This document shows positions 29,590 through 46,186 of a DNA stretch of 64,000 bases, in pieces. The notes beneath the pieces are model-generated. The model was not told where the DNA came from. It saw only the letters and a program-made list of their open reading frames with translations, and did not search any database. The DNA is taken from NCBI RefSeq assembly GCF_009914755.1, contig NC_060932.1; one strand, given 5' to 3'. How positions within the stretch are numbered: the stretch's first letter is position 1; each line of letters begins with the position of its first letter. This DNA is from the human T2T-CHM13v2.0 reference genome, Homo sapiens. Both the position numbers and the translations under genes were made by a program.

Positions 29590-29795
29590 TCTTAGCGTTA
29601 ACATGAGCCAGATGCTGTTGCAAGTACTTTGTGTATTTTGACTCACTCAGTCCTTACACAACCCTAGGTGGTAGGTGCTTTACCCCCAGTTCACAGAGGG
29701 GGAAACTGAGATACCTGGGCCAAGAGCCGTAAACAGTGGAACTAACCCAGGGCATTCGATGCCAAAGCCTATCCATTTTATTATACCACTCGGCC
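29590..29795 (-). mobile_element. MIR
   Basis: CCCCAGTTCACAGAGGGGGAAACTGAG..GCCAAAGCC. Confidence 0.7.
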
Positions 29796-30084
29796 ATACG
29801 GTCTTGACTCAATAAGCGTATCATGACAAAATAAACTATTTCAAAGGAAAACAAGCCTAATGCTGTGTCTTTATAAAGTTCTCATGCTATTTAATCCTTT
29901 AAATTCCTTTCCCAAATCTATATATTATATCATACATACATAACACCATACTATTTACATAATGCCACATATCAAATCAATTGTTAATTTTTGTTCAGTG
30001 CTTTCTGTTATCTTCACATAGATGATAAATCAGCCCTTGTACATTTACCCAAAGATTATCTACCCTGCAAATCACCTCATTTTC

Positions 30085-30401
30085 TTTTCTTTTCTTTTTT
30101 TCTTTTTTTTTTTTAATTCAAGACAGGGTCTCACACTGTCACCAGGCTGGAGTGCAGTGGAGCAATCATAGCTCACTGTAGCTGCTTACTCCTAGGCTCA
30201 AGCCATCCTCTGGCTTAGCCTCCTGAGTAGCTGGAAATACAGGTGCATGCTACCAGGCCCAGCTGATTTTTAAATTTATTTTTAATAAAGATGAGGTTTC
30301 TATGTTGCTCAGGCTGATCTTGAACTCATGGGCTCAAGCGATCCTCCCACCTAGGCCTCCCAAAGTGCTGGGATTATAAGTGTGAGCCACCATACCTGGC
30401 C
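30085..30401 (-). mobile_element. AluJ with 16-bp TSD
   Basis: AAATCACCTCATTTTC at 30069-30084 and 30403-30418. Confidence 0.93.
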
Positions 30402-30638
30402 TAAATCACCTCATTTTCAAGAACCACTTTATCTGCTCATTGGCATTAGCAAACATTTAGGTTCGGAAAGTGCTTGTTAGAGAATCTTTAGAAATAACTG
30501 GATTAAGGTTGGTACTAAAATAAAGACTGAGAACATTTGATTGGCTTCTAAGCAATGGAGAAAAATGGGTGGTTTTGAGCAGGAGATTAACATAGAATCA
30601 AATGTTTAAGCTGGGAAGACCTTCGAGATCATCTAAAC

Positions 30639-30813
30639 CAGCGCTGGCAAATACATGGCACAGGCGCCATCACTGCCTCCTTCCCACATGAGGCCAGCAT
30701 TGCTCTTTCCCGCTAAGCTCTTTTGGAACCTCAGAATCCTTCTCAACCCATGGCTCTGGGTAGCTGCTACTGATCAAATTGGCTTGAGAAATATAACCTG
30801 TTTTTCATCTCTA
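30639..30813. mobile_element. MER117-like hAT-Charlie element inserted in a MIR3-like SINE
   Basis: CAGCGCTGGCAAATACATGGCAC..CCTCAGAATCCTTCTCAAC; flanks GAGATCATCTA | CAACCCTTTCATTTTATAAATG..GAAACT are MIR-type. Confidence 0.55.
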
Positions 30814-33392
30814 AATCTACACCAACCCTTTCATTTTATAAATGCGGAAACTAAGTATGAGAGAGGCTAAGTGAACTACATGAGATCACACAATTCAGGG
30901 AAACCTGAGAAAGCTGGAGCTGGCATGTGAGACTTCTGAATTCTACTCCAATACTCTTTCCAGGGTGACCTGTGATGGTAGTGGTTCTCCAGGAGGGTTA
31001 GTGGAGTGGGGTCATGCAGGAATGTTTGGAGAAAGAGAGTGGGGGCTATGAAGCCAGGTAAGAGGCTATCACTGCAGTTTAATAATAAGATAAATCACTT
31101 TAAGTGATCAAAGAAAATAACCCTATAACCTGGCTTACTACATTCAAGAATTGGGAAACTAACATACTTTCCTTACTGATGTGAACTGTGATTATCACAG
31201 CAACCCCACGGGTTAACAGGGCAGACAACACCCCCATTGGAGTGCACTGCAGTGGGGAAGGTCAGAGCACGGGGCCAGCTGCCCAGGTTCAGATTCCAGC
31301 ACTGCCACTTTGGGAGAGTTGTGGAACATCTCCTTGCTACCCAGAGTCACAAGCTCATCAGCAGTAAAGTCAGCTGTGGAACCTACATCTCTAGACTTCG
31401 CATCCAATTCTCTTTCCATCACGCCATAGTTAAACAGGAAGGCAAAGCCAACGTTGCATCAGACAGCTCAGATATTTCAAAGAAGTAGATGGTGTTGTCA
31501 CTCTCAGAAACAGGGCAAGTAACTCCGAATGCCAGTATGTTGATCAACAAACTTGATTCAGCTGCGTGTGTGGTTGGATTGCTTGTTTTGAGAATCAGGT
31601 TGAAAAGAACCACACTGTTTTTGTGATCCATAAGGCCTAGTTTAAATATTTTAAGTTAGAATGTCTCAGTTTGGAAGGGAAGTTTCTATGGACCTGTTTA
31701 TCTCTTGCCTCTGAAGAGCCCTTCAGTTCCCTTTACTTGAAAAAGCCTCAGATATGAACATGGTCAACTGCTTGGAGACAGGAAGGGCACTGTGCATGGG
31801 TGAGACCCAGCGCAGTCATAACTGAATGGAGAAAGAGCAGGGGAAATTGGGAATGGAGAGCCCCTGTCCATCCAGGCAAGTAGAAAAGGAGAGCTATTTA
31901 GTGATTTAAAACACGACCTTGAAAATGAGATCACAATACTTGTCAGCCTGCAAATATTTACTACCAGGATACTGCTAAGGGATACCCATTACTAAAATAA
32001 ATGGGATCAACGTTTTTACAGGTTACCTAGATCTCAAATATTCCTCACCTAAAGTAATAATCACCAAACACCTATTTCCAAGATGTAATTACTCAGGTCT
32101 AGGATTGACTGCCAAGGTTGTAAATGGTCTTGTGAGTCTGGGTGAGAAGCAGTGTTTTCCTAAAAGTTCTAAGCCACTGAGAATGCATGTCAAGGTAGAA
32201 ACGCTCTTTTGGAAAAAGTGGGGTTTTTTTGTTTGTTTTTGTTTTTTGATGATAGGAACAAGGTTTTTCATCCAGCAATTGCTAAGATATTCAGTACAAA
32301 AAGTTATGAACCACTGCCTTAATGCCCACCCAAAGAATATTGTAATTGATCCCAAAGGTCAGTTCTTAGGGCTTTTTCCATATCTAACATAGGGCATAAG
32401 ACTCTAGCAAGTGACAGTTCAGCACAAAGCAATTTTGAAGTGACCAATTCCTTTGAAAATATGAGCCTGGAACAGAAATACTTATTTTAAGACCTGAGAT
32501 TACAAGAGACTTCAGAGATCAACACGGGGAGACAAGGACACTGCAAAATAAAATAATGTGGATTTCTGTTTTGATTTTGAATCCAAACAATATTCTTTAC
32601 TGGGGAGCAGATGTTCAGAAGGAACCAGGAATAGTGAGTTCAACCAAGAGTGTTCCTTGCTTTGTGTTCAACACACATAAAACAAACGAAGGCCTCGAGG
32701 GACTCTTCTCTTTGTGACTGTTCTCTCCAGGTGACATGAATCGAACAGCCTCCCACACCAAGAGAGCTGTGCCTTGTGGGAGGCAGCTCCCGAGTGCTCT
32801 GCAATGCATGGGCTGGCAGCATTCCAGCCTATCGGACGCCAATAGACTAAACAAGACGGTGGGGGGTGGGGGTGTATTTCATTGCACCCTGAGACGCTGC
32901 TTTCACAAAATGCAAAGGTGGCTTGATATAAAGTCTTTCATCAATAAACTCAATTCAAATGAGAATCCATCAAATTTCAAATAGGTTTTTTTTTAATCTC
33001 ATAACAAGCCTATTTACTTTGTTTTTCACAAAGTCTGTGGTCTAACTTTCTATGTATTTCTTCCATCGGGCTGTTTCTTGCACCACTTTTTGAATTTATA
33101 GACCTTCAGAGGACTGGTAGGAATAGTCTATGAACCGGAACTGAATTACAACACACCTGGAGAGCTCAGAAAGAAAACTCACAGTGATCAGAATGGTTTC
33201 TTCTGAGAAAATGTTTTCTTCTGAGAAAACTAAGCAAGTGCCTAAAAAGTCCTGTAGTATTGACTGTCCTAATGGGAACCTTATGGCTGCCTCACCTTGG
33301 GAAAATCCTCTCAGCTCGCAAACTCTCAGTCTCCTTATTATGAAATATTTTTCAAAAGCAAATAGGATAAGGTCATTGACAAGTTTGGAAGC

Positions 33393-33886
33393 TGTGAAGG
33401 GTCTGGAATTTTATCTTAGCAAACTAACAAGTTAGCCTACCATAGTGTTACATACATGTGCTGAGAGGTTACAAGAGACTTCAGGGTCAGAGAAAAGACC
33501 ATCTGTTACTCACAGCAAAAGCAGGAGCCAGAGCAATATCTTGCTTTATTTCCCCAATGTGATAGGACCAGAGGTTACCTGCATGTGCATGGGGTGTATC
33601 ACAGAAGAGGAAACCTGAAATTAGGAAAATTCAATCATGTATGGGGCTGCTGAGAGAGAGATTACTCATTACCTTGGAATGTAAGCAAATCTCCTCTGGG
33701 GAGGGCATGAGGAAGTCTTTATCTTTATTACCCTGGGATGTCTCCAGAGAGAGAGGGAGAGAGACATCTCTACGCTTTGTTATCTTGGAATGTCTCCTTA
33801 AATGAACATTGGCAATAAATGCCTTTGTTCAGAAGGCCTGGACCATGCAGGAACGTGAGGAATCCGTGGATAAATGCTTCCCAGTA
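33393..33886 (-). mobile_element. Ancient ERVL-type LTR (MER54/MER74/LTR53 group)
   Basis: GAAGGGTCTGGAATTTTA..AAACTAACAAGTTAGCCT..GGGTCAGAGA..TTACTCACAGCA; internal GGAATGT repeats. Confidence 0.55.
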
Positions 33887-33889
33887 GTC

Positions 33890-34412
33890 ACATGCTTACT
33901 TAAAACCCCCAACGGCTCCCCTCTGCAATTAGAGTGAGACATCCAGCACTGACTGGTCATTGCCTAAAAGGCCTACTTGATGGGGCACCCATATATCTTT
34001 CCAATCTCATCTCATTCATTCTCCACTAGGCTCCTGCCACACATGTGTCCCTTGGACATACCAAGTTCATTTTCACCTCAGAGTCCTTGAACTTGCTACT
34101 CCTTCTATCTGGAACAGGTTTCCATGGGACCTGCCCATGAGTGACTTCTGATTCTCATCCAGGACACATCTAGCCCAAGTGTCACCTCCCCAGAGAAGCC
34201 TCTCTCAACAATGGTCCTTCTCAATCACACCACTTCATTGTCTTCAGAGCCACGTTATTATCTTCTGGTTACTTCTCTGTTTACTGTCTGCCTGCCCTGG
34301 CAAGAAGCTAAGTCTATGAGAGTAGAGAACTTGTTTTTGTACTCAATCTTTAATATGGTAGCTAGAATAGTACCTGGCTTATTTCAGTAAATATCTGTTA
34401 AATGAATGTTGA
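33890..34412 (+). mobile_element. L2 3' region
   Basis: TGTCACCTCCCCAGAGAAGCC..CTATGAGAGTAGAGAAC..TCAGTAAATATCTGTTAAATGAATG. Confidence 0.75.
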
Positions 34413-34742
34413 ATCTGTAACATGGGGACACTCCTAGCTTTTCATCGAAGCCTAGGTAATATAATGAATGTGAACATGCCTTGTAAACTGCAGATAGAAT
34501 ATAAGGGAAATGTATTAATATTAATATTGGGTCCAACCATGTAGGGATTGAGGTGAAGACATGATGTAAGTGTTCACCCTACCTTGTACTCCAAACAGTC
34601 ATCAATCTACTCCAGAACATAGCGTTCCTGGGCAAAGGACATACAAAATTCAAAGCAATTAAATAATCTATGGGGGCCCATTACATGTTTGTATGTGCAT
34701 CTTACTTTTGATCCATTTATGAAGAAATACAGCAATGCATAA

Positions 34743-35069
<327 letters not shown>

Positions 35070-35812
35070 TGATAATTCTCTTATTTCTTGGGAGCTTAGC
35101 CCAATATGGGACTAAACACTTAGTAAATGTATTTTAAATTGAATTAAATTATCTAATATGTAAACAAAGCTGCTCCTGGGATGTAAAGATTAACACCCAC
35201 TTATTTTATTTCATTCAACAAATATTTACTGAGAATCTTCAGTTTACAAGATGCTATTCTAGGCTCTAGAAAGCTACCAATAAAGGTGAGTTTCTGCTTT
35301 CAAAGGGTTCAGGTTATTACCAGATAGGCAGACAGATGAATGCAATTGCCAAATCTAAGGTAATTCTAATCTAGTACCATAGACTGAGGCAGAAAATTCA
35401 CATATTTTTTTCTAAATTTGGCTCACAACTTATCTTCTCAATGTCTCAGCTCCTCGTCTATTAAATGATCACCACCCTGTGTGTCTCAGGGTGAGAACTT
35501 GCTGGTCGAGATGGTCTTAATGTCCTCCTCCCAGATTGTTCTCCTTTAACAGGGATACAAAGCTTTCTTCCCTGTTATGAAGAGCTTTCATTAGTGGGAA
35601 AAATAGGACTTCATCAACGAATAATCACTGAGCACCTGTTATGTGTGGGACACTGTGCTGAGCACTGGAGCTGCTGTAAGAAGGTCTTTTAAGAGAGTAA
35701 GAGGAGACAGGGCTGGAAATGAGGATGGGGATCAGATTGCAGAGTCCATTAACGGTCTGAACAAGAAGGTTCAGATTCGACCCAGTGAGGAGTCATTAAG
35801 GATAAAGAGTGT

Positions 35813-36102
35813 GGCCGGGCACGGTGGATCTCAGCACTTTGGGAGGCCAAAGTGGGTGGATCACTTGAGGTCAGGAGTTTGAGACCAGCCTGGCCAACAA
35901 GGCAAAACCCTGTCTCTACCAAAAATACAAAAATTAGTCCAGCATGGCGGCATGTACCTGTAATCCCAGCTACTCAGGAGGCTGAGGCATAAGAATTGCT
36001 TGAATGTGGGAGGCAGAGGTTGCAGTCAGCCAAGATAACACCACTGCACTCCAGCCTGGGCGACAGATCGAGACTTCATCTCAAAAAAAAAAAAAAAAAA
36101 AA
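35813..36102 (+). mobile_element. AluS within an L2 remnant
   Basis: GGCCGGGCACGGTGG..GAGGTCAGGAGTTTGAGACC..poly-A. Confidence 0.92.
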
Positions 36103-36369
36103 TACAAGGGGTACAGCAGGGCAATGGGATAGACCAATGTCAGAACTCTGTAATTTGGCAGCAGTCTGTGAAAGGCCCGCATGCAGATTGCAGTGGTCCT
36201 TTCAGATTGCAGATTGCAGGTCCTGCAGATTGCAGATTGCAGAGAGGCAATTAGAACCCAACCAAGGGAAGTAATAGTGGACATGAAAAGGAAAGGTAGG
36301 TATGAGCATTACTGGAAAAGAATTGGATTGTCAACCTCTTGCTAAGAACACAATAGTTACATACAAAGA

Positions 36370-36580
36370 TCTTGAAATCAGTCTGCCTGAGTTCAAATCC
36401 TATCTCCACTACTTGTTAATGTTGTGCCTTTAAGCAATTTACTCAATCATTCTGTTCTTAAGATTTCCTCATCTATAAAATGGGGATAATATTAATGCCT
36501 ACCTCTTAGGATTTACATGTATACAAAGAATTTAGAATAGTTTTAGAAACACATAAGCACCAAATAAAGATGAAAAATTA
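36370..36580 (+). mobile_element. MIR
   Basis: CTGCCTGAGTTCAAATCC..TTTCCTCATCTATAAAATGGGGATAAT. Confidence 0.8.
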
Positions 36581-36639
36581 TAATCACAAAAGTCTTTAGA
36601 ACCTGGCTCACAGACTTTTACACCCATCTATCCCACAAA

Positions 36640-39340
<2,701 letters not shown>

Positions 39341-40832
39341 AAAAGAAATAAGAAGGAAGAAAGGTGGTAGGGAAGATAGGAGGGGAAAGAGGGAAAATAA
39401 CAGGGAGGAAGAATCATTTTTATAGTGAAAAAATATAACTTTCAAATACAACAGTCTGGTTAATAGGATGATAAGAAAACAGAAACACAAACACTTTGAT
39501 TCTGTCTTGGTTAAAATGGAAAGAAACTGTAGGTCAGAATCAATTTAATATCTTGAGGGCAAAATCCTATTACGTCATGTACTAGTTATTAATAGAGAGG
39601 TGGGCTAAAAAGCGTTTTTATTCCAGTAATCTCTGTAATACAAAGAACAGCAAAATCAGACAGGAGGGAAAATATCTTATTTTTATTTGAACTATATGAA
39701 CCATGACCGTTGCTGTGTTTCCTAAAAAGAAACAAGAAGCTTCTTAAGAAATTCACAAGTTCATCATGTACTTTTCTTTCTGGGATGGTCCTAAAAGTTA
39801 AAAAAAAATTTTCTGAAACATAAACTTTAATCTCAAGGTATGTAAAACAGTGAGTTGTTTATTTAATCTATAGAATACATTTGTTTGAGGGACTGAAATT
39901 TGCTGACTTTAATTGTAAATTAACCATTCATCTGATTCATCATTATATAAATTTTGTATTTGTTCATTACAGAAGTATTTGTTCATTACCCAAAATTATT
40001 CAGGCTTCTGGGTCTAGCTTTTCTCTCTGCCAGATGTACAATGCATAATAAAAATAAGAAGATCCCATAGCAGACTCAACCCCAAACATGATAAAAAGTC
40101 TAGTTTCTTTGCAAACATATTATCCCTTTCCCCAACCAGGCATTATTATCATGGATCCAGATTTCTAAAAAGCATTGTTAAGGTCCAGTCTTTGTGGTCT
40201 CTGGATAGAAATTTCTTTCAGAGTCTGTAAGACTTCATTTATTTTTTTTAACTTTTTTTAAATGGAAAAAATAACACAAATAGTCTCTACTTTACTATGA
40301 CCTGAATTTCCCAAACATCGGGAACCATTTCAAGCTGTTCCTCCATCCTATTTTCCACTTCAGTAATATTTTCCCCTTTCCTTTTAAGAAATTAAGGCTA
40401 TTTTCTATTTCATCACTTGGCTGCTAATAACTGGGCATTTAAGAACAGATTCCAGAGAAAGGTTACAAGGCCTGGGAGTAGGAGACGACCAAGAGCAGAC
40501 ACATATTCACTGTCTAATTATATCATCATGTACCCAGATGAAATCACTTCTTTCCAAGAAGCATGGCCAGCTGACTGCCCAATTATTAGAGGAATAGGTA
40601 AATGTGACACCTTGGCAACCTGTGTGAAGGTAAGTGCTGAGCTTGGCATCCTATATGAAGCAGAACTTGATTCTGTGGAAGGTTCACACGATGGTCAGAA
40701 TGTTTATATCCTCCCAAAATTTGTATGTTGAAGCCTAACTCTCAAGGTGTTGGGGCCTTTGAGAGGTAATTAGTTTATGAGAGCACCATTCTTATTAATG
40801 GGATTAGTGCCAGTATAAAAGGGCTTGAGGAG

Positions 40833-42103
40833 AAATGGGAAAAGGATTCCCTATTTAATACAGGGTGCTGGAAGAACTGGCTAGCTATATGCAGAAAATT
40901 GAAACTGGACCCGTTATTTACACCTTACACAAAAATTAACTCAAGATGGATTAAAGACTTAAATGTGAAACCCGAAACTATAAAAACCCTAGAAGAATAT
41001 CATTCAGGACATAGGCACAGGCAAAGATTTCATGATGAAAACATCAAAAGTAATTGCAACAAAAGCAAAAATTGACAAATGGAATCTAATTAAACTAAAG
41101 AACTTCTGCACAGCAAAAGAAACCATCATCAGAGTGAACAGACAACCTACAGAAAGAGAGAAAAGTTTTGCAATCTATCCACCCGACAAACATCTAATAA
41201 CTAGAATCTACAAGAAACTTAAACAAATTTACAAGAAAAAGAAACCCAATTAAAAAATGGGCAAAAGACATGAACAGACACTTCTCAAAAGAAGACATTT
41301 ATGAGGTCAACAAACATGAAAAAAAGCTCTAATGATCACTGATCATTAGAGAAATGCAAATCAAAACCACAATGAGATACCATCTCATTGTGCCAGTCAG
41401 AATGGCAATTATTGAAAAGTCATGAAATAATAGATGCTGGCAAGGCTGTGGAGAAATAGGAATGCTTTTATAATATACAGTTTGCAGGAGTATATAAATT
41501 AGTTCAACCATTGTGGAAGACAGTGTGGTGATTCCTCAAAGACCTAGAACAAGAAATATCATTTGACCCAGCAATCCCATTACTGGGTATATACCCAAAG
41601 GAATATGAATCATTCTATTATAAAGATACATGCATGTGTACATTTATTGCACCACTATTCTCAATAACAAATATATGGAATCAACCCAAATGGCCATCAA
41701 TGGTAGACTGGATAAAGAAAATGTGGTACACGTACACCATGGAATACTATGCAGCCATAACAAAAAATGAGATCATGTCCTTTGCAGAGACATGGATGGA
41801 GCTGGAAGCCATTATCCTCAGCAAACTAACACAGGAACAGAAAACCAAACACTGCATGTTCTCACTTATAAGTGGGAGCTGAACAATGAGAACACATGGA
41901 CCCAGGGAGGGAAACAATACACACTGGGTCCTGTTGGTGGGGGCGGGGTGGGAGAGGGAGAGCATCAGGATAAATACCTAATGCATAACAGGTTTTATAC
42001 CTAGGTGATGGGTGCAGCAAATCACCATGGCACACATTTACCTATGTAACAAACCTGCACATCCTGCACATGTATCATGGGACTTAAAATAATTTTTTTA
42101 AAA
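40833..42103 (+). mobile_element. 5'-truncated L1PA (about PA8-PA11): ORF2 C-terminal remnant plus 3' UTR
   Basis: ORF 41032-41253 ([20 protein letters not shown]) and ORF 41634-41882 are L1-derived; ends GTAACAAACCTGCACATCCTGCACATGTATC. Confidence 0.93.
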
Positions 42104-42119
42104 AGCACTCAAGTTTTTA

Positions 42120-43305
<1,186 letters not shown>

Positions 43306-44235
43306 TCTTTTTGTCAAAAAAACAGGGCAGCTTTAGAGGACCTGCTTGCCTTTTCCATCTTTCTTCCCGTGAGGACACAGCAACAAGGCCCCATCTGTGA
43401 GGAGCAGGCCCTCATCAGACATAGAATCTGCTGGTGCCTTGACCTTGGACTTCCCAGCCTTCAGAAATGTGAGCAGTACATCTCTATTGATAAGTGACCC
43501 AGTGTGCACTAGTTTATTACAGCAGCCCAAACAGACTAAGACAGTTTGGTAGATGGGTGGCATGACTGACCTGTGCTACAGTGAGCCCAGACACCAAAAG
43601 GCAGATGGGCAGGCTTCTTGCTGTGTGTTTATGTCCATTTGATGAACAGCCACAGTTATACAAATGATAGGCTATTCAGTTGGAAATGGCCTTTAAAAAA
43701 AAATAAACAAAAGCCAACCGCATTTCTAAAAACTCAGCTCTTCAGTAGAAAAAAAGGATTAGCCTCACCATTCTCTCCTAGAATTAGTAGATTTTAAAGG
43801 TGTCTTTAAGATGTCTCCTAGGTTTAAGAGTAAGAATAATGTATGATTACCTACACTTTATTGGGCACTTACTGTATGCTACACACTTTACATTTATTTT
43901 CTATATGAATCCTCCCAGTAACCTAATGAGTGTTACTGCTCCTATTTTACCAGGGGGTAAGGTTCCACAAATCCAAGATATGAATTGCCCATCTGTCTGA
44001 TTCCAAAGCCTGACATGACCTGTAGCCAACCAGGCTACAAGAAGAAGCCAACCAGAAGCCAAGCACATCTGCTGAGGGAGAAGGTGCTCCAGGCCAGCCA
44101 GCCTTAGGAATAAGCTTAGTCACCAGCACTAGAGCATGTGAAAGACACTCCCGAATGCCTGCTGCCAGGCCTACAATTCCACTATTTGGCATTAACTTAT
44201 TTTATTAAAGAGTGCTTGCTCTAGGAAATCTCTTA

Positions 44236-44820
<585 letters not shown>

Positions 44821-44824
44821 AGTG

Positions 44825-45445
44825 CTCAGTGGAGCATCTGGGGCCCACATGTCTTCTTCTCTGCTTCAAGGTGCAAAAGTGACCCTACCCCCTCCTGCCT
44901 GACAGGGGCAATTACACCTGCAAAGATGGTGATTCCTTCTCTTGTCTGTTGGTCCCTGGACACAAGGAGTCTAACATGTCCCAGAGGCAGCTGCAGCTTG
45001 CAGTGCAGTGGGGCCCTGTCTGGGTCCCTTGGCAAGAGTGTGTCCCTTTAAGGGAAGAGAACCTCCACTGCAGAGCCCAGAGTTGAGGAGGTGAGAAGTG
45101 CCAAGTCCCCCAGTGGATCACTGGAAGTGATAGTAAGTGCAGGCACTCCCACTTCCACCCCTTTGTTCCCACACTTGTGTATTCTTTCTACACAGTGTCA
45201 TAGAGAGGTGTCTGAGGACACTCCTATCCTTTCAGATAATTGCATCTCAGTGTAATCTTCAGCTGTGTCTGTGTATCCAGTAGGCTGCTCTTGTGTTCCA
45301 TGATGAGGCAGTCGCTTCTAGATGGTACAATTTGTGATATGTTCAGTGGATTCCATGGCCCTGGGCTCCCACCCACACTCCCTTTGTGTAAAGTGGGTGT
45401 CCTGATCAGAGGCTATGTTGTGTGGGATTCAGTGTGCCCTGCAGA
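44825..45445 (-). pseudogene. ERV-L pol remnant: integrase core and dUTPase fragments
   Basis: minus-strand translations IPHNIASDQDTHFT (cf. ERV-L IN GIPHSIASDQGTHFT) and APLHCKLQLPLGHVRLLV..QQTREGITIFAGVIAP (cf. ERV-L dUTPase IPLNWKLRLPPGHFGLL..QQAKKGVTVLAGVIDP); frameshifted. Confidence 0.85.
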
Positions 45446-45494
45446 GTGGCACTGGCTGAGTCTGTAGGCAGTAGACAATTAATATTAGAATACA

Positions 45495-46170
45495 TTTATT
45501 CATTCAGTAACATTTTTGGCACATGTATTTGGTGCAATACTCTATTCTAGGTTTGGAAATACAAAGATAAACAAGCAGCTCCTGTCCCTGAAGATCTTCT
45601 AAATAGATAAAGGGAAACTAACAGCATATGACATGGCAAGGGCTTTACTTGGGTCTCTATGGCAGCAGCAGGGAGGACCTGGGCAGCAGGCTGGAGAGAC
45701 AGGATGTTTGAGCTGAGTATTCCAGGTCGCAGAGAACTTAGACAGGTGGAAAAAGGAGGGAGAGGTAATTGCAGTTGAATGCAGCCAGTGTGGCTAAGTG
45801 CAGGTGTGTGCCAGGAAGCAGGAGGAGCTGAGGTTTCTCAGGATGGGCAGGGAACAGGTCACTAGGAGCCTTTTCTGCCAGGCTAGGAGTTAGGGCTCTG
45901 TGCCATGCCAGGAATAAGCCCCTGAAACTGTTTAAACAGAGGAGTAATAATGAACAAATTAGTTTCAGAAGATCCCTCTAGCCACAATATGGAAGGAGAA
46001 TTGAAAGCAAACCGAGATGGACCCACTAAGGAGGCAGAATCAGGGGGACTTGGTGACTGTGGGTGTGAGGGAGAGAGAAGGGCCACAGTGACTCCAGGGC
46101 TTGGTGGATGGTGGTATCAGTCACTGAAATGGGGACAGAGGAAGAGAAGAAGGTTCATGATGGTGGGCTC
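45495..46170 (-). mobile_element. L2 fragment (continues at about 47623-47690 after the L1 insertion)
   Basis: TTTATTCATTCAGTAACATTT..GGAAATACAAAGATAAACAAG..; resumes TTGGAAATGCCTGTGGGATA. Confidence 0.7.
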
Positions 46171-46186
46171 AGATTTGGACACAATG

